DNA of 64,000 nt from contig CAXXSR010000001.1 in assembly GCA_963662615.2 (NCBI GenBank), forward strand, positions 1,901,664-1,965,663. The letters run 5' to 3'. Below, piece after piece: positions 45,399 through 54,559 of this stretch. The first letter of the stretch is position 1. Every line of letters starts with the position of its first letter. The notes below the pieces were generated by a model. The model was not told the DNA's origin. It made no database searches and saw only the letters and a program-made list of their open reading frames with translations. The position numbers and the translations under genes are program-made. This DNA comes from Dehalococcoidia bacterium (GTDB lineage Bacteria; Chloroflexota; Dehalococcoidia; Bin125).

Positions 45399-46553
45399 AT
45401 GGATCTGCAAAGCTTTGATATCGATCCTGAGCGCGGATTCCTGCCGCTCAGGGATCCGCTGCCCGCCCTGCCCTCGAACTACAGCGCCTGGGAGGAGATC
45501 GCGGCCGACCTGCCGAAGCTGCTGAGCGCCGGCGCCATTCGCCGCGCGATTCAGCGCCTGCCGGCCCTCGACGCCGATGGTCTGGACGGTGACGTGCAGC
45601 GGCGACGGGCCATGCTCCTGCTCTCGTACCTGGGCCACGCCTTCGTCTGGGGAGAGAGCCCGCCGTCGGATTCCCTCCCCGCCAGCGTCGCCATCCCGTG
45701 GCACGCGGTCGCCACCGCGCTGGGCCGCGCTCCTGTTCTTTCCTACGCCTCTTACGCGCTGGACAACTGGCGCCGGCTGGAACCGGCCGGTCCGATCGCC
45801 CTGGGGAACGTGGTGCTGCTCCAAAACTTCCTGGGCGGCATGGACGAAGAGTGGTTCATCCTGGTGCACGTTGAGATCGAATCGAAAGCCGCCGTCGCCA
45901 TCAGCGCCATCTTTCAGGCAGCCACGTCAACGCCCGCTGACGACCTCTCGCAACTGGAAGATCATCTGTCGCGAGTAACGGCGGCCCTCGATCGGTTGAA
46001 CGCCACGCTGGACCGCGTGCCGGAGCGTTGTGACCCCTACATCTACTACCGCCGCGTGAGGCCGTACATCCACGGCTGGAAGGACCATCCGGCCCTACCC
46101 AACGGCCTGACATACGAAGGGGTAGAGAAGTATCGCGGCGAGCCCCAGCGCTTTCGCGGTGAGACCGGTGCCCAAAGCTCCATCGTTCCGTTGCTCGACG
46201 CGGGGTTGGGGATTACGCATCAGGACGATGCGCTGGCGACGTACCTCCAGGAGATGCGACAGTACATGCCGCCGCGACACCGCGAGCTGATCGCGCACGT
46301 GGAGCGTCGGTCCGCCGTGCGAGAAGCCGTGCGAGACTCCGGCAGCGCCGCCCTGCGGGAGGCCTACAACGCCTGCGTGCAGGCGCTGGCCGACTTTCGA
46401 AGCCGGCACCTGGAATACGCCAATCGCTACATCCATGAACAGAGCGAAGAAGAGCCGGCCAACCCCAGCACGGTCGGAACGGGCGGCACGCCCTTCATGC
46501 CGTACCTGAAGAAGCATCGCGACGAGACGTTGGCGCACCTGATCCCGGAATAG
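45399..46553 (+). CDS. Indoleamine 2,3-dioxygenase (IDO)-family haem protein
   Basis: FDIDPERGFLP, LLLSYLGHAFVWG, GETGAQSSIVPLLDAGLGI and YLQEMRQYMPPRHRELI are present; compare human IDO1 YMPPAHRNF with the proximal His. ATG 45399 has a GGGAG 7 nt upstream. Confidence 0.87.
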   Translation: MDLQSFDIDPERGFLPLRDPLPALPSNYSAWEEIAADLPKLLSAGAIRRAIQRLPALDADGLDGDVQRRRAMLLLSYLGHAFVWGESPPSDSLPASVAIPWHAVATALGRAPVLSYASYALDNWRRLEPAGPIALGNVVLLQNFLGGMDEEWFILVHVEIESKAAVAISAIFQAATSTPADDLSQLEDHLSRVTAALDRLNATLDRVPERCDPYIYYRRVRPYIHGWKDHPALPNGLTYEGVEKYRGEPQRFRGETGAQSSIVPLLDAGLGITHQDDALATYLQEMRQYMPPRHRELIAHVERRSAVREAVRDSGSAALREAYNACVQALADFRSRHLEYANRYIHEQSEEEPANPSTVGTGGTPFMPYLKKHRDETLAHLIPE

Positions 46554-46634
46554 CCTGCCGCCGGCCTGAGGCGCTGGCGCATCCGCGCCGGCTCGGCCCG
46601 TCCTCCTCCCGCCCCCTCGCTCGCGACACTACGC

Positions 46635-46663
46635 TTGATATGGAACGTATGTTCTATTATGAT
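46635..46663 (+). promoter_or_regulatory. Putative SOS promoter: TTGATA-17 bp-TATGAT with embedded LexA (Cheo-type) box GAACGTATGTTC at 46643-46654
   Basis: A perfect GAAC-N4-GTTC palindrome sits in the spacer of a good -35/-10 pair, 39 nt upstream of the imuB start. The AT-rich patch stands out from the GC-rich background. Confidence 0.75.
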
Positions 46664-46692
46664 TCCCTCCGCCTGCCCGGGAGATTGCGACG

Positions 46693-47877
46693 ATGCAAAT
46701 TGCTTGTCTCCTTGTGCCTGACTTCGGTCTGGCCTGTGAGCTGACGCGGCAGCCAACCCTGGCGGCCCAACCCGTGGCGCTCGCGGACGAAAGCGGCCGC
46801 CGGGTGGCTGAGGCCACGGCCGCCGCCCAGATGCGGGGGGTCCATCCCGGCATCAGCCTCCGCGAGGCGGTGGGCTACTGCCCCTTGCTGGCCGTCCTGG
46901 AGCCCCGCCCGGCCCGGCAGGCGCAGGCGCGGCAGTCGCTCGCGGCTGCGCTGGCCGCCATCAGTCCCCTTGTGGAAGAAACGGCGCCGGGCCTCCTCTA
47001 CGCCGATTTGGGGGGGCTGCAGCGGCTCTATCCCGCCGTGGCCGATCTGGACCGCGCCATCCGCGCCCACACGCCCGCAGAGCTGCACCCGCGCTTGGGC
47101 ATCGCCGCGCGAAAGTTCACGGCCTCCGTGGCCGCACAGGCCGCCGGTGCTGACGGGACGCAGGCCGTGGCCGCCCAGGACTCCGCCACATTCCTGGCGC
47201 CACAGCCGATTGACTGGTTGCCGCTTGAGGAGGAGATGCGATCCCGTCTGCGGCTCCTTGGTCTAGAGACCTTGGGCGCCTTGGCCGCGCTACCACGGCA
47301 CGCCGTGGAAGCCCAGTTCGGCCTGATTGGAGGCTGGGCGTGGCAGGCCGCAAACGGGCTCGACCCCTCTCCAATCATTCCGCGCCGGGCCGAGGAGGGA
47401 ATCAGCGAGGCTCTGGAAGCGCAGCCGCCGCTGGTGAGCAGAGAGGCCGTGGAGCACGGCGCAAAGCAGTTGCTTGCCCGCGCTCTCCGCCATCCGGCGG
47501 CTCAGGGCCGGTTCGTCCGCGCCCTCCAGCTCCACGCCATCACCGAAAACGAGCGGGTGTGGACGCACCGACACGTGCTGAAGGAGCCCTCAAGCGACCG
47601 CAGCCGCTTGTGGACCGTGATCCGTGCGGTCCTGGAGACCGCCTCGTACCCAGGCCCCATTGCCACGCTGTCACTTGAACTTCTTGGGCTCACCGTTGAG
47701 AGCGGGATCCAGGCCAGCCTGTTCCCCGGCCAAATCCGGCATCGGGAGCGGCTGGGCGTCATGGTCCGGCAGCTGAAAGCCCGCTACAGGGAGAGCCCTG
47801 TGAAGCAACTGGTGGAGGTGGCGCCGTGCAGCCGAATTCCCGAACGCCGTTACGCCCTCATGGACTACGACCCGTAG
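46693..47877 (+). CDS. imuB: ImuB-like Y-family DNA polymerase homologue
   Basis: MQIACLLVPDFGLACEL...PVALADESGRRV...A...RGVHPGISLREA is the typical ImuB N-terminus. Its position directly upstream of dnaE2 supports the call. Confidence 0.85.
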   Translation: MQIACLLVPDFGLACELTRQPTLAAQPVALADESGRRVAEATAAAQMRGVHPGISLREAVGYCPLLAVLEPRPARQAQARQSLAAALAAISPLVEETAPGLLYADLGGLQRLYPAVADLDRAIRAHTPAELHPRLGIAARKFTASVAAQAAGADGTQAVAAQDSATFLAPQPIDWLPLEEEMRSRLRLLGLETLGALAALPRHAVEAQFGLIGGWAWQAANGLDPSPIIPRRAEEGISEALEAQPPLVSREAVEHGAKQLLARALRHPAAQGRFVRALQLHAITENERVWTHRHVLKEPSSDRSRLWTVIRAVLETASYPGPIATLSLELLGLTVESGIQASLFPGQIRHRERLGVMVRQLKARYRESPVKQLVEVAPCSRIPERRYALMDYDP

Positions 47878-48128
47878 GCCTGCCCACACCGATCAACGTC
47901 CGCGCCGATCCGTCCGGCGCGCCGCGCTCCATCGCCCGGCGGAGCGGTCGTGGGTGGGGCCTTGCTCACGCCGTCGATCGCGTGGACGAACGGTGGCGCA
48001 TTGTGGACGAGTGGTGGCGGGAGACAGGCATCGCCCGGAGCTACTACCGCGTCGTGCTGGAGGACGGCCGCATGCTCACCCTTTTCCATGATGACGCCCA
48101 CGACGGCTGGTTCCTCCAGCGTTACTAA
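47826..48128 (+). CDS. Small Trp-rich protein between imuB and dnaE2 (possibly DUF6504-like; name from memory)
   Basis: VDERWRIVDEWWRETGIARSYYRVVLEDGRMLTLFHDDAHDGWFLQRY is present. It overlaps the imuB 3' end by 52 nt in another frame. The start is uncertain. Confidence 0.5.
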   Translation: MQPNSRTPLRPHGLRPVGLPTPINVRADPSGAPRSIARRSGRGWGLAHAVDRVDERWRIVDEWWRETGIARSYYRVVLEDGRMLTLFHDDAHDGWFLQRY

Positions 48129-48155
48129 GGCGGAGCAGGGAAGGGGAGAGATCTG

Positions 48156-51100
48156 GTGGCGCGGGAAGGCCGAACGCGGCAACTGGCCCAAGTGGAGCGA
48201 GACACCCCCCGATCGCGACCGGTGCGACCGGCGCCGCCGCCGGGGCTGGACGACACCCCCTACGTGGAGCTTCATCTGCACTCCTGCTTCTCGCTGCTGG
48301 ACGGCGCCTCCCACATTGACGACCTCGTGGCCGCCGCCCGGCGCTTTGGGTACCGCGCCCTGGCGCTGACGGACCACAACGGCCTTTACGGTGCCATGGA
48401 GTTTGCCCAAGCGCTCCGGGAAGCGGGCATCCGTCCCATTACCGGCGTGGAACTGACGGTGGCGGATGCGGACGACCCCGCCGCCGCCCGTTCCCACCTG
48501 ACGCTGCTGGCCGAGAGTCGCGCCGGCTATCGCAACCTCTGCCGCCTGGTGAGCATTGCCTACGGCTTGCGCTTGGAAGACGCGCGGGCGAAGGAGCGTC
48601 GCCGCCGCGATCCCTGGGTGGCGATGGCGGAGATACCGCAGCATAGCGCCGGGCTGATCGCGCTGACGGGGTGCCGCCAGGGCCGCGTCCCCTCGCTCCT
48701 CCACAGCGGCGACAGCGCCGAAGCCGCCGCTGCGCTGCGACAGCTCATTGCCTGGTTCGGCCGCCGCAACGTCTTCGTTGAACTGCAGGACAACCTGGTC
48801 TACGGCGACGCCCCTCGCAACCGGGCGCTCGTGGCGCTGGGGGAGCGCTTGGGGATCGGCGTGGTGGGAACGGGGAACGTGCACTACCACGAACGGGCAC
48901 GGCACCGTCTCCAGGACGTGCTCGTCGCCATCCGACATCGCAAGACGCTGGATGAATCGCACCAAGAGCGCCGCCCCAACGACGAGTTCTTCTTGCGCTC
49001 ACCGGAAGAGCAGGCTCAGCGCTTCAGCGCGTATCACCCGGAGGCGGCGCGGAACGCCGTGCGCATCGCCCAGCGATGCGCCTTCGACATCACCGAGGAC
49101 CTGGGCTACCGCCTCCCCTCGCCACTGCTGCCCAACGGCCAGTCGCCGCTGGACCGTCTCCAGCAGATCTGCACGGCGGCGTTGCGGGAGCGCTACACCA
49201 CGCCGCCTGAGCGAGAGCGCGCCGCGGCGCGGCTACAAGAGGAGCTGCAATTGATCGCCCAGCACGACCTGGGCGGGTTTTTCCTCATCTATCACGAGGT
49301 GTTCGAACTGGCCAAGCAGGTTGCAGAAGAGGTGCGAGGCGAGAGCCGGGCCCGCCGCGCCGCCAACCTCCCCGTGGGCCGGGGCCGCGGCTCCTCGGTG
49401 GCGTCGATCGTCTGCTACTTGATCGGGCTCTCACACATCGACCCTGTCCGCAACAACCTTTTCCTGGGCCGGTTCCTCAACCAAGAGCTGCACTCCCTCC
49501 CCGACATTGACCTGGATTTCCCCCGCGACATCCGCGAACGGCTGATCGAGCGTGTCTACGAGCGCTGGGGGCGAGAGCACGCCACGCTGGTCGCTTCCTT
49601 CCCGACCTATCGAATGCGGAGCGCGATCCGTGATGTGGGCAAGGCGCTCGGTTTGCCCCTCGTGGAGCTGGGCCGGTTGGGTCGGCTCACCGGGCCCTAT
49701 CAGTCCGTGCAGGATCTCCGCCAGGAACTGCGCCGCTGTCCGGAGTTCGCCCATCGGGAGGAGGCGCCCGTCTGGCGCGACCTCATTGCGATCGCGCCGC
49801 AGCTGGAGGGGTTCCCCCGTCACCTCTCGGAGCACGTGGGGGGCATGGTGATCGCCTCGGAACCACTCATTGACTGCGTGCCCTGCCAGCCGGCCGCGTG
49901 GCCGGGCCGCTACGTCTGTCAGTGGGACAAAGACAGCGTGGACGACGCGCGCATGGTGAAGATCGACTTCCTCGCGCTGGGCATGCTCTCCGCGGTGGAA
50001 GAGACGATCGCCCTGATCGCGGAGAGCCACGGACACGTTGAGGATCTCTCCCGCATCGATTTCGACGACCCGGCCGTCTACGACGACATCCGCAACGGGG
50101 ATACTGTGGGCGTCTTCCAGATCGAATCCCGGGCGCAGATCGCCATGTTGCCGCGAACGCAGCCACGAAATCTTGACGATCTCGCGGTGCAGGTGGCCAT
50201 TGTCCGGCCCGGCCCCATTGTTGGCGGCGCCGTGAACCCCTACGTCCGGCAGCGTGAGCGCCAGCGCGCTGATCCCAGCCACGTTCCCGTGATGCCGCAC
50301 GAGTGTCTCCGCCCTGTCTTGAAGGAGACGCTGGGAGTGGTGATCTTCCAGGAGCAGGTGCTGCAGGTAGCCCAGACCATGGCCGGCTTTACGCCGGGCG
50401 AGGCCGAACACTTCCGGCGAGCGATGAGCCGGAAACGGGCCTCTCAGCTCATGGAGCGCTACCGCGAACGGTTCCTGAGTGGCGCCGCTCAGCGCGGGGT
50501 GTCCTCCGCTGTGGCCACGCGCGTCTTCGACACTCTCTTGGGATTCGCGGAGTTCGGCTTTCCCAAGAGCCATGCCGCCGCCTTCGCCCTGCTCGCGTAC
50601 CAAACAGCATGGTTGAAACACACCTATCCGGCGGAGTTCTTCTGTGGGCTGTTCAACAACCAACCCATGGGGTTCTATCCACCCCATGTGCTCACGAACG
50701 ACGCGAAACGGCACGGAATCGTAGTGCGGCGGCCGGACATCAACCGCAGCCGCCCCGTCTGCACCGTGGAGGACGCACGAGAAAGTCGCGGTGCGGTCCG
50801 TATTGGCTTGGGCTACGTGCGATATGTGGGCGACGCGGGCGGCACCGCGATTGCGCGCGAACGGGAGCGAGGCGGACCCTACCGATCGCTCTTCGACTTC
50901 GTGCAACGGACGGGGCTCTCACGCCGAGCGACCGAGAGCCTGATCCGCATTGGCGCCTTCGATCACTTCGGCCTCAACCGCCGTGAGTTGGTCTGGCAAC
51001 TGGGGCTGTTCGGAGCCGGACTGGAGCGCAGCACGCTCCGCCTGCCTCAACGGCGCCAGCTCCGCCTCCCGCTGCCCACCGACCAGGACGTGGTCCCGCT

Positions 51101-51530
51101 GCCTGACTTCACCCCCTATCAGCGGATGGCTGCTGACTACGAAGTGCTTGGCCTCTCACCGGATCGCCACCCCATGCAATTCCTCCGAGCAGCCCTGGGA
51201 GAAGGGGTCGCCTCGTCGCGGCACCTGCGCGCCCTGCCCGCCGGCGCCTCGGTCACGATCGCCGGACTGGTCGTGTGCCGGCAGCGCCCCCTCACGGCCA
51301 AGGGCATCGTCTTCCTGCTCCTGGAGGACGAATACGGTCTCATGAACGTGCTGATCCGGCGAGAACTCGACGAGCAAGAGCGGCCCACCGTACGCGCGGC
51401 CATGTTCGTCGTCGCCACAGGCACGCTGGAACAACGCGCGGGCCAACAGCGCACGATCGTGGCGGCCTCCCTGGAGGAACTGATTCCGGCAAACGCTCTG
51501 CGTGCTCCCCCAGGGAAGTCGTGGGGGTGA
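48156..51530 (+). CDS. dnaE2: Error-prone DNA polymerase III alpha homologue DnaE2
   Basis: The PHP domain is YVELHLHSCFSLLDGAS. Polymerase core motifs are GRGSSVASIVCYLIGLSHIDP, PDIDLDF and VKIDFLALGMLS, and an OB fold lies at the C-terminus. Confidence 0.92.
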   Translation: MAREGRTRQLAQVERDTPRSRPVRPAPPPGLDDTPYVELHLHSCFSLLDGASHIDDLVAAARRFGYRALALTDHNGLYGAMEFAQALREAGIRPITGVELTVADADDPAAARSHLTLLAESRAGYRNLCRLVSIAYGLRLEDARAKERRRRDPWVAMAEIPQHSAGLIALTGCRQGRVPSLLHSGDSAEAAAALRQLIAWFGRRNVFVELQDNLVYGDAPRNRALVALGERLGIGVVGTGNVHYHERARHRLQDVLVAIRHRKTLDESHQERRPNDEFFLRSPEEQAQRFSAYHPEAARNAVRIAQRCAFDITEDLGYRLPSPLLPNGQSPLDRLQQICTAALRERYTTPPERERAAARLQEELQLIAQHDLGGFFLIYHEVFELAKQVAEEVRGESRARRAANLPVGRGRGSSVASIVCYLIGLSHIDPVRNNLFLGRFLNQELHSLPDIDLDFPRDIRERLIERVYERWGREHATLVASFPTYRMRSAIRDVGKALGLPLVELGRLGRLTGPYQSVQDLRQELRRCPEFAHREEAPVWRDLIAIAPQLEGFPRHLSEHVGGMVIASEPLIDCVPCQPAAWPGRYVCQWDKDSVDDARMVKIDFLALGMLSAVEETIALIAESHGHVEDLSRIDFDDPAVYDDIRNGDTVGVFQIESRAQIAMLPRTQPRNLDDLAVQVAIVRPGPIVGGAVNPYVRQRERQRADPSHVPVMPHECLRPVLKETLGVVIFQEQVLQVAQTMAGFTPGEAEHFRRAMSRKRASQLMERYRERFLSGAAQRGVSSAVATRVFDTLLGFAEFGFPKSHAAAFALLAYQTAWLKHTYPAEFFCGLFNNQPMGFYPPHVLTNDAKRHGIVVRRPDINRSRPVCTVEDARESRGAVRIGLGYVRYVGDAGGTAIARERERGGPYRSLFDFVQRTGLSRRATESLIRIGAFDHFGLNRRELVWQLGLFGAGLERSTLRLPQRRQLRLPLPTDQDVVPLPDFTPYQRMAADYEVLGLSPDRHPMQFLRAALGEGVASSRHLRALPAGASVTIAGLVVCRQRPLTAKGIVFLLLEDEYGLMNVLIRRELDEQERPTVRAAMFVVATGTLEQRAGQQRTIVAASLEELIPANALRAPPGKSWG

Positions 51531-51712
51531 GCCGCCACGCAACAGAAGATTGACCCAACCGGCGCTGCCCCCCGCAGCACCCCGCCCCTCTATAATCTTC
51601 TCACCCCTCCACTCCGCCCTCCCTCACCGAGGGAGGGCCGTCCACCTCCAAAGGGGTCCTAGTCGCACGGCGTTCGGACTACTCCCTGACAGGGACAAGG
51701 AAACGGTATCCC

Positions 51713-54502
51713 GTGAGCACCACCACCCCGCAGTCACCCGCCGACACGGCCCTCTCCGGCAAGCTGGTCTACCCCTTTGGTGGTGGTCATTCGGCAGGCA
51801 GTGCGGATCTTCGCAACCTGCTTGGAGGCAAGGGCGCCGGCCTCGCCGAGATGAGCAATCTCGGGATCCCCGTTCCACCTGGCTTCACCATCACGACCGA
51901 GGTCTGCAACGCCTACTACGCCCAGGACCGCACCTACCCCACCTCCCTTGCCCCACAAGTTCGTGACGGCATGACCCACATTGAGCAGACGGTGGGCGCG
52001 CGCTTCGGCGATCCGACCAACCCGCTCTTGGTCTCGGTCCGCTCAGGCGCGCGCGTCTCCATGCCCGGCATGATGGATACGGTCCTCAACCTGGGCCTCA
52101 ACGATGCCACCGTGGAAGGTTTGGCGGCGCGCTCTGGTGACGCGCGCTTCGCCTACGACTCGTACCGCCGGTTCGTCGCCATGTACGGCGACGTTGTGCT
52201 GGGCGTCAAGCGAGAGTCGGCGTTGGATCACGATCCCTTCGAGGTGATCTTGGACAGGATGAAGCGTGAGCGCGGCGTCAGCTTGGATACGGAGCTCACC
52301 GCTCCCGACCTGCGGGAGCTGGTGGCGGAGTACAAGGCGATAATTCGTGGCCAGCCGGGCCTGGAATTTCCTGACGATCCGTGGGAGCAGCTCTGGGCGG
52401 CGATCGGCGCCGTCTTCGATTCGTGGCATAGCCCCCGCGCCACCGTGTACCGCTCCCTGCACGGGTATCCGTCGGAGTGGGGGACGGCCGCCACGGTGCA
52501 GGCCATGGTCTTTGGCAACCTAGGCGATGACTGCGCGACCGGCGTTGCCTTCACACGCAATCCGAAGACGGGGGACCGCGGCCTTTTCGGCGAGTTTCTG
52601 ATCAACGCGCAGGGCGAGGACGTCGTCGCAGGGGTGCGCACGCCGCAGCCGATTCGCGCAGCAGACCAAGCCGCGGACCAAACGCCGGGCGAGGCGGCCT
52701 CACTGGAAGAGGCCCTCCCACAGATCTATGGCGACCTTACCCGGGCCTGTTCGACCCTAGAGGAACACTTCCGGGACATGCAGGACATTGAGTTCACCGC
52801 CCAGCAAGGGACGCTCTGGATCCTGCAGACACGCGCGGGGAAGCGTACCGGCCAGGCGATGGTGAAGATCGCGGTTGACCAGGTGGAAGAGGAGCTCATT
52901 GACCAGCGCACCGCGCTTCTGCGTCAGGATCCGGAGCGGATCGCCGAATTCCTCCACCCCATCTTCGACGCTTCGGCGGCGCGCGACGTGATCGCCAAAG
53001 GTCTTGCGGCATCGCCCGGTGCGGCGGTCGGCCAAGTCGCCTTCTCCGCGCAGGAGGCGGCGGAGGTGGCGGCAAGCGGAGCGCCCGCCATCCTCGTTCG
53101 TATTGAGACCAGCCCGGAAGATATTGAGGGCATGATCGCCGCGCAGGGAATCCTCACCGCCCGAGGCGGCATGACCTCGCACGCGGCCGTGGTGGCGCGA
53201 GGGTGGGGAAAGTGCTGCGTCGTCGGTTGCGGCGCGCTCGACATCGACTACGAGCGGGGGCGGTTCCGCGTGCGTACGAACGGCGGCGGCGAGCTTGTCG
53301 TTCAACGAGGGGACACCATCTCCATCGACGGCAGTAGCGGCGAGGTCATGCTGGGCTCCGTGCCACTGATTGACCCGACACCACCCCAGGAATGCGATCG
53401 GCTCATGGCCTGGGCCGACCCGGCGCGCCACCTGGGCGTGCGCGCCAACGCGGATACGCCGGAGGATGCCGCCCTGGCGCGGGCGTTCGGCGCGGAGGGG
53501 ATCGGTCTCTGCCGCACGGAGCACATGTTCTTCGGCGAGGACCGGATCTTGGCCGTCCGGCAGATGATCTGCGCGGAGGAGGAGGAAGGGCGCCGCGTCG
53601 CGCTCGCGAAGATCTTGCCCATGCAGCGGCAGGACTTCGAAGGCATCTTCCGTGCCATGGCCGGCTTTCCCGTGACCATCCGTCTGCTCGATCCGCCCCT
53701 GCATGAGTTCCTCCCCAGAGAGCGGGAGGAGATGAGCCCGGTCGCGGCGGCGCTGGGCGTGTCCATGGACTACCTGGAGCGCCGCCTGGCCGCGTTGCAC
53801 GAGGTCAACCCCATGCTCGGACACCGAGGTGTGCGCCTCGCCTTCACCCACCCCGAGCTCTACGACGTGCAAGCGCAGGCGATCATGGAAGCCGCTTGCG
53901 CCCTCGCCGCGGAGGGTCTTCGCGTGGTCCCTGAGATCATGATCCCGCTCGTGGGCATGCTGGAAGAGCTCCGACGCGTCCGCGAGCGCATTGTTCGTCT
54001 TGCCGAGCGGGTGATGGAGGAGAGCGGGACGCGAGTCGCCTACACGGTAGGCACCATGATCGAGCTGCCGCGGGCCTGCGTCACCGCCGACGCCATAGCC
54101 GAACACGCCGATTTCTTTTCTTTTGGCACCAACGATCTCACGCAGACCGCCTTCGGCATCTCGCGCGATGATGCGGGGCACTTCCTCCCGACCTACATGG
54201 CCCAAGGGATCGTTGATTACGATCCCTTCGTGAAGATCGACCGCGAGGGCGTCGGCGAGCTGATGCGCATAGGCGTTGAGAAAGGCCGGCGCGCACGGCC
54301 GGATCTGAAAGTGGGCATATGCGGGGAGCACGGCGGCGACCCGGCATCGATTCAGTTCTGCCACGACGTGGGTCTCGACTACGTCTCCTGCTCGCCCTAC
54401 CGCGTGCTCATCGCGCGGCTGGCGGCGGCGCAGGCCGCGCTCAGGGATATCCCGGAAGCGGCGGCGGCCCCGGGACGGGCAAGCGAGGACGGCGCCGGCT
54501 AG
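51713..54502 (+). CDS. ppdK: Pyruvate, phosphate dikinase
   Basis: LLGGKGAGLAEMSNLGIPVPPGFTI, GGMTSHAAVVARGWGKCCV (phospho-His loop) and GICGEHGGDPASI are present, in a 929-aa protein. Confidence 0.95.
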   Translation: MSTTTPQSPADTALSGKLVYPFGGGHSAGSADLRNLLGGKGAGLAEMSNLGIPVPPGFTITTEVCNAYYAQDRTYPTSLAPQVRDGMTHIEQTVGARFGDPTNPLLVSVRSGARVSMPGMMDTVLNLGLNDATVEGLAARSGDARFAYDSYRRFVAMYGDVVLGVKRESALDHDPFEVILDRMKRERGVSLDTELTAPDLRELVAEYKAIIRGQPGLEFPDDPWEQLWAAIGAVFDSWHSPRATVYRSLHGYPSEWGTAATVQAMVFGNLGDDCATGVAFTRNPKTGDRGLFGEFLINAQGEDVVAGVRTPQPIRAADQAADQTPGEAASLEEALPQIYGDLTRACSTLEEHFRDMQDIEFTAQQGTLWILQTRAGKRTGQAMVKIAVDQVEEELIDQRTALLRQDPERIAEFLHPIFDASAARDVIAKGLAASPGAAVGQVAFSAQEAAEVAASGAPAILVRIETSPEDIEGMIAAQGILTARGGMTSHAAVVARGWGKCCVVGCGALDIDYERGRFRVRTNGGGELVVQRGDTISIDGSSGEVMLGSVPLIDPTPPQECDRLMAWADPARHLGVRANADTPEDAALARAFGAEGIGLCRTEHMFFGEDRILAVRQMICAEEEEGRRVALAKILPMQRQDFEGIFRAMAGFPVTIRLLDPPLHEFLPREREEMSPVAAALGVSMDYLERRLAALHEVNPMLGHRGVRLAFTHPELYDVQAQAIMEAACALAAEGLRVVPEIMIPLVGMLEELRRVRERIVRLAERVMEESGTRVAYTVGTMIELPRACVTADAIAEHADFFSFGTNDLTQTAFGISRDDAGHFLPTYMAQGIVDYDPFVKIDREGVGELMRIGVEKGRRARPDLKVGICGEHGGDPASIQFCHDVGLDYVSCSPYRVLIARLAAAQAALRDIPEAAAAPGRASEDGAG

Positions 54503-54559
54503 CGCTGGTCACGGGCCGTCTCCCCAAGCCCGCGACGGTGGACCAACGATCTCGTCTGG

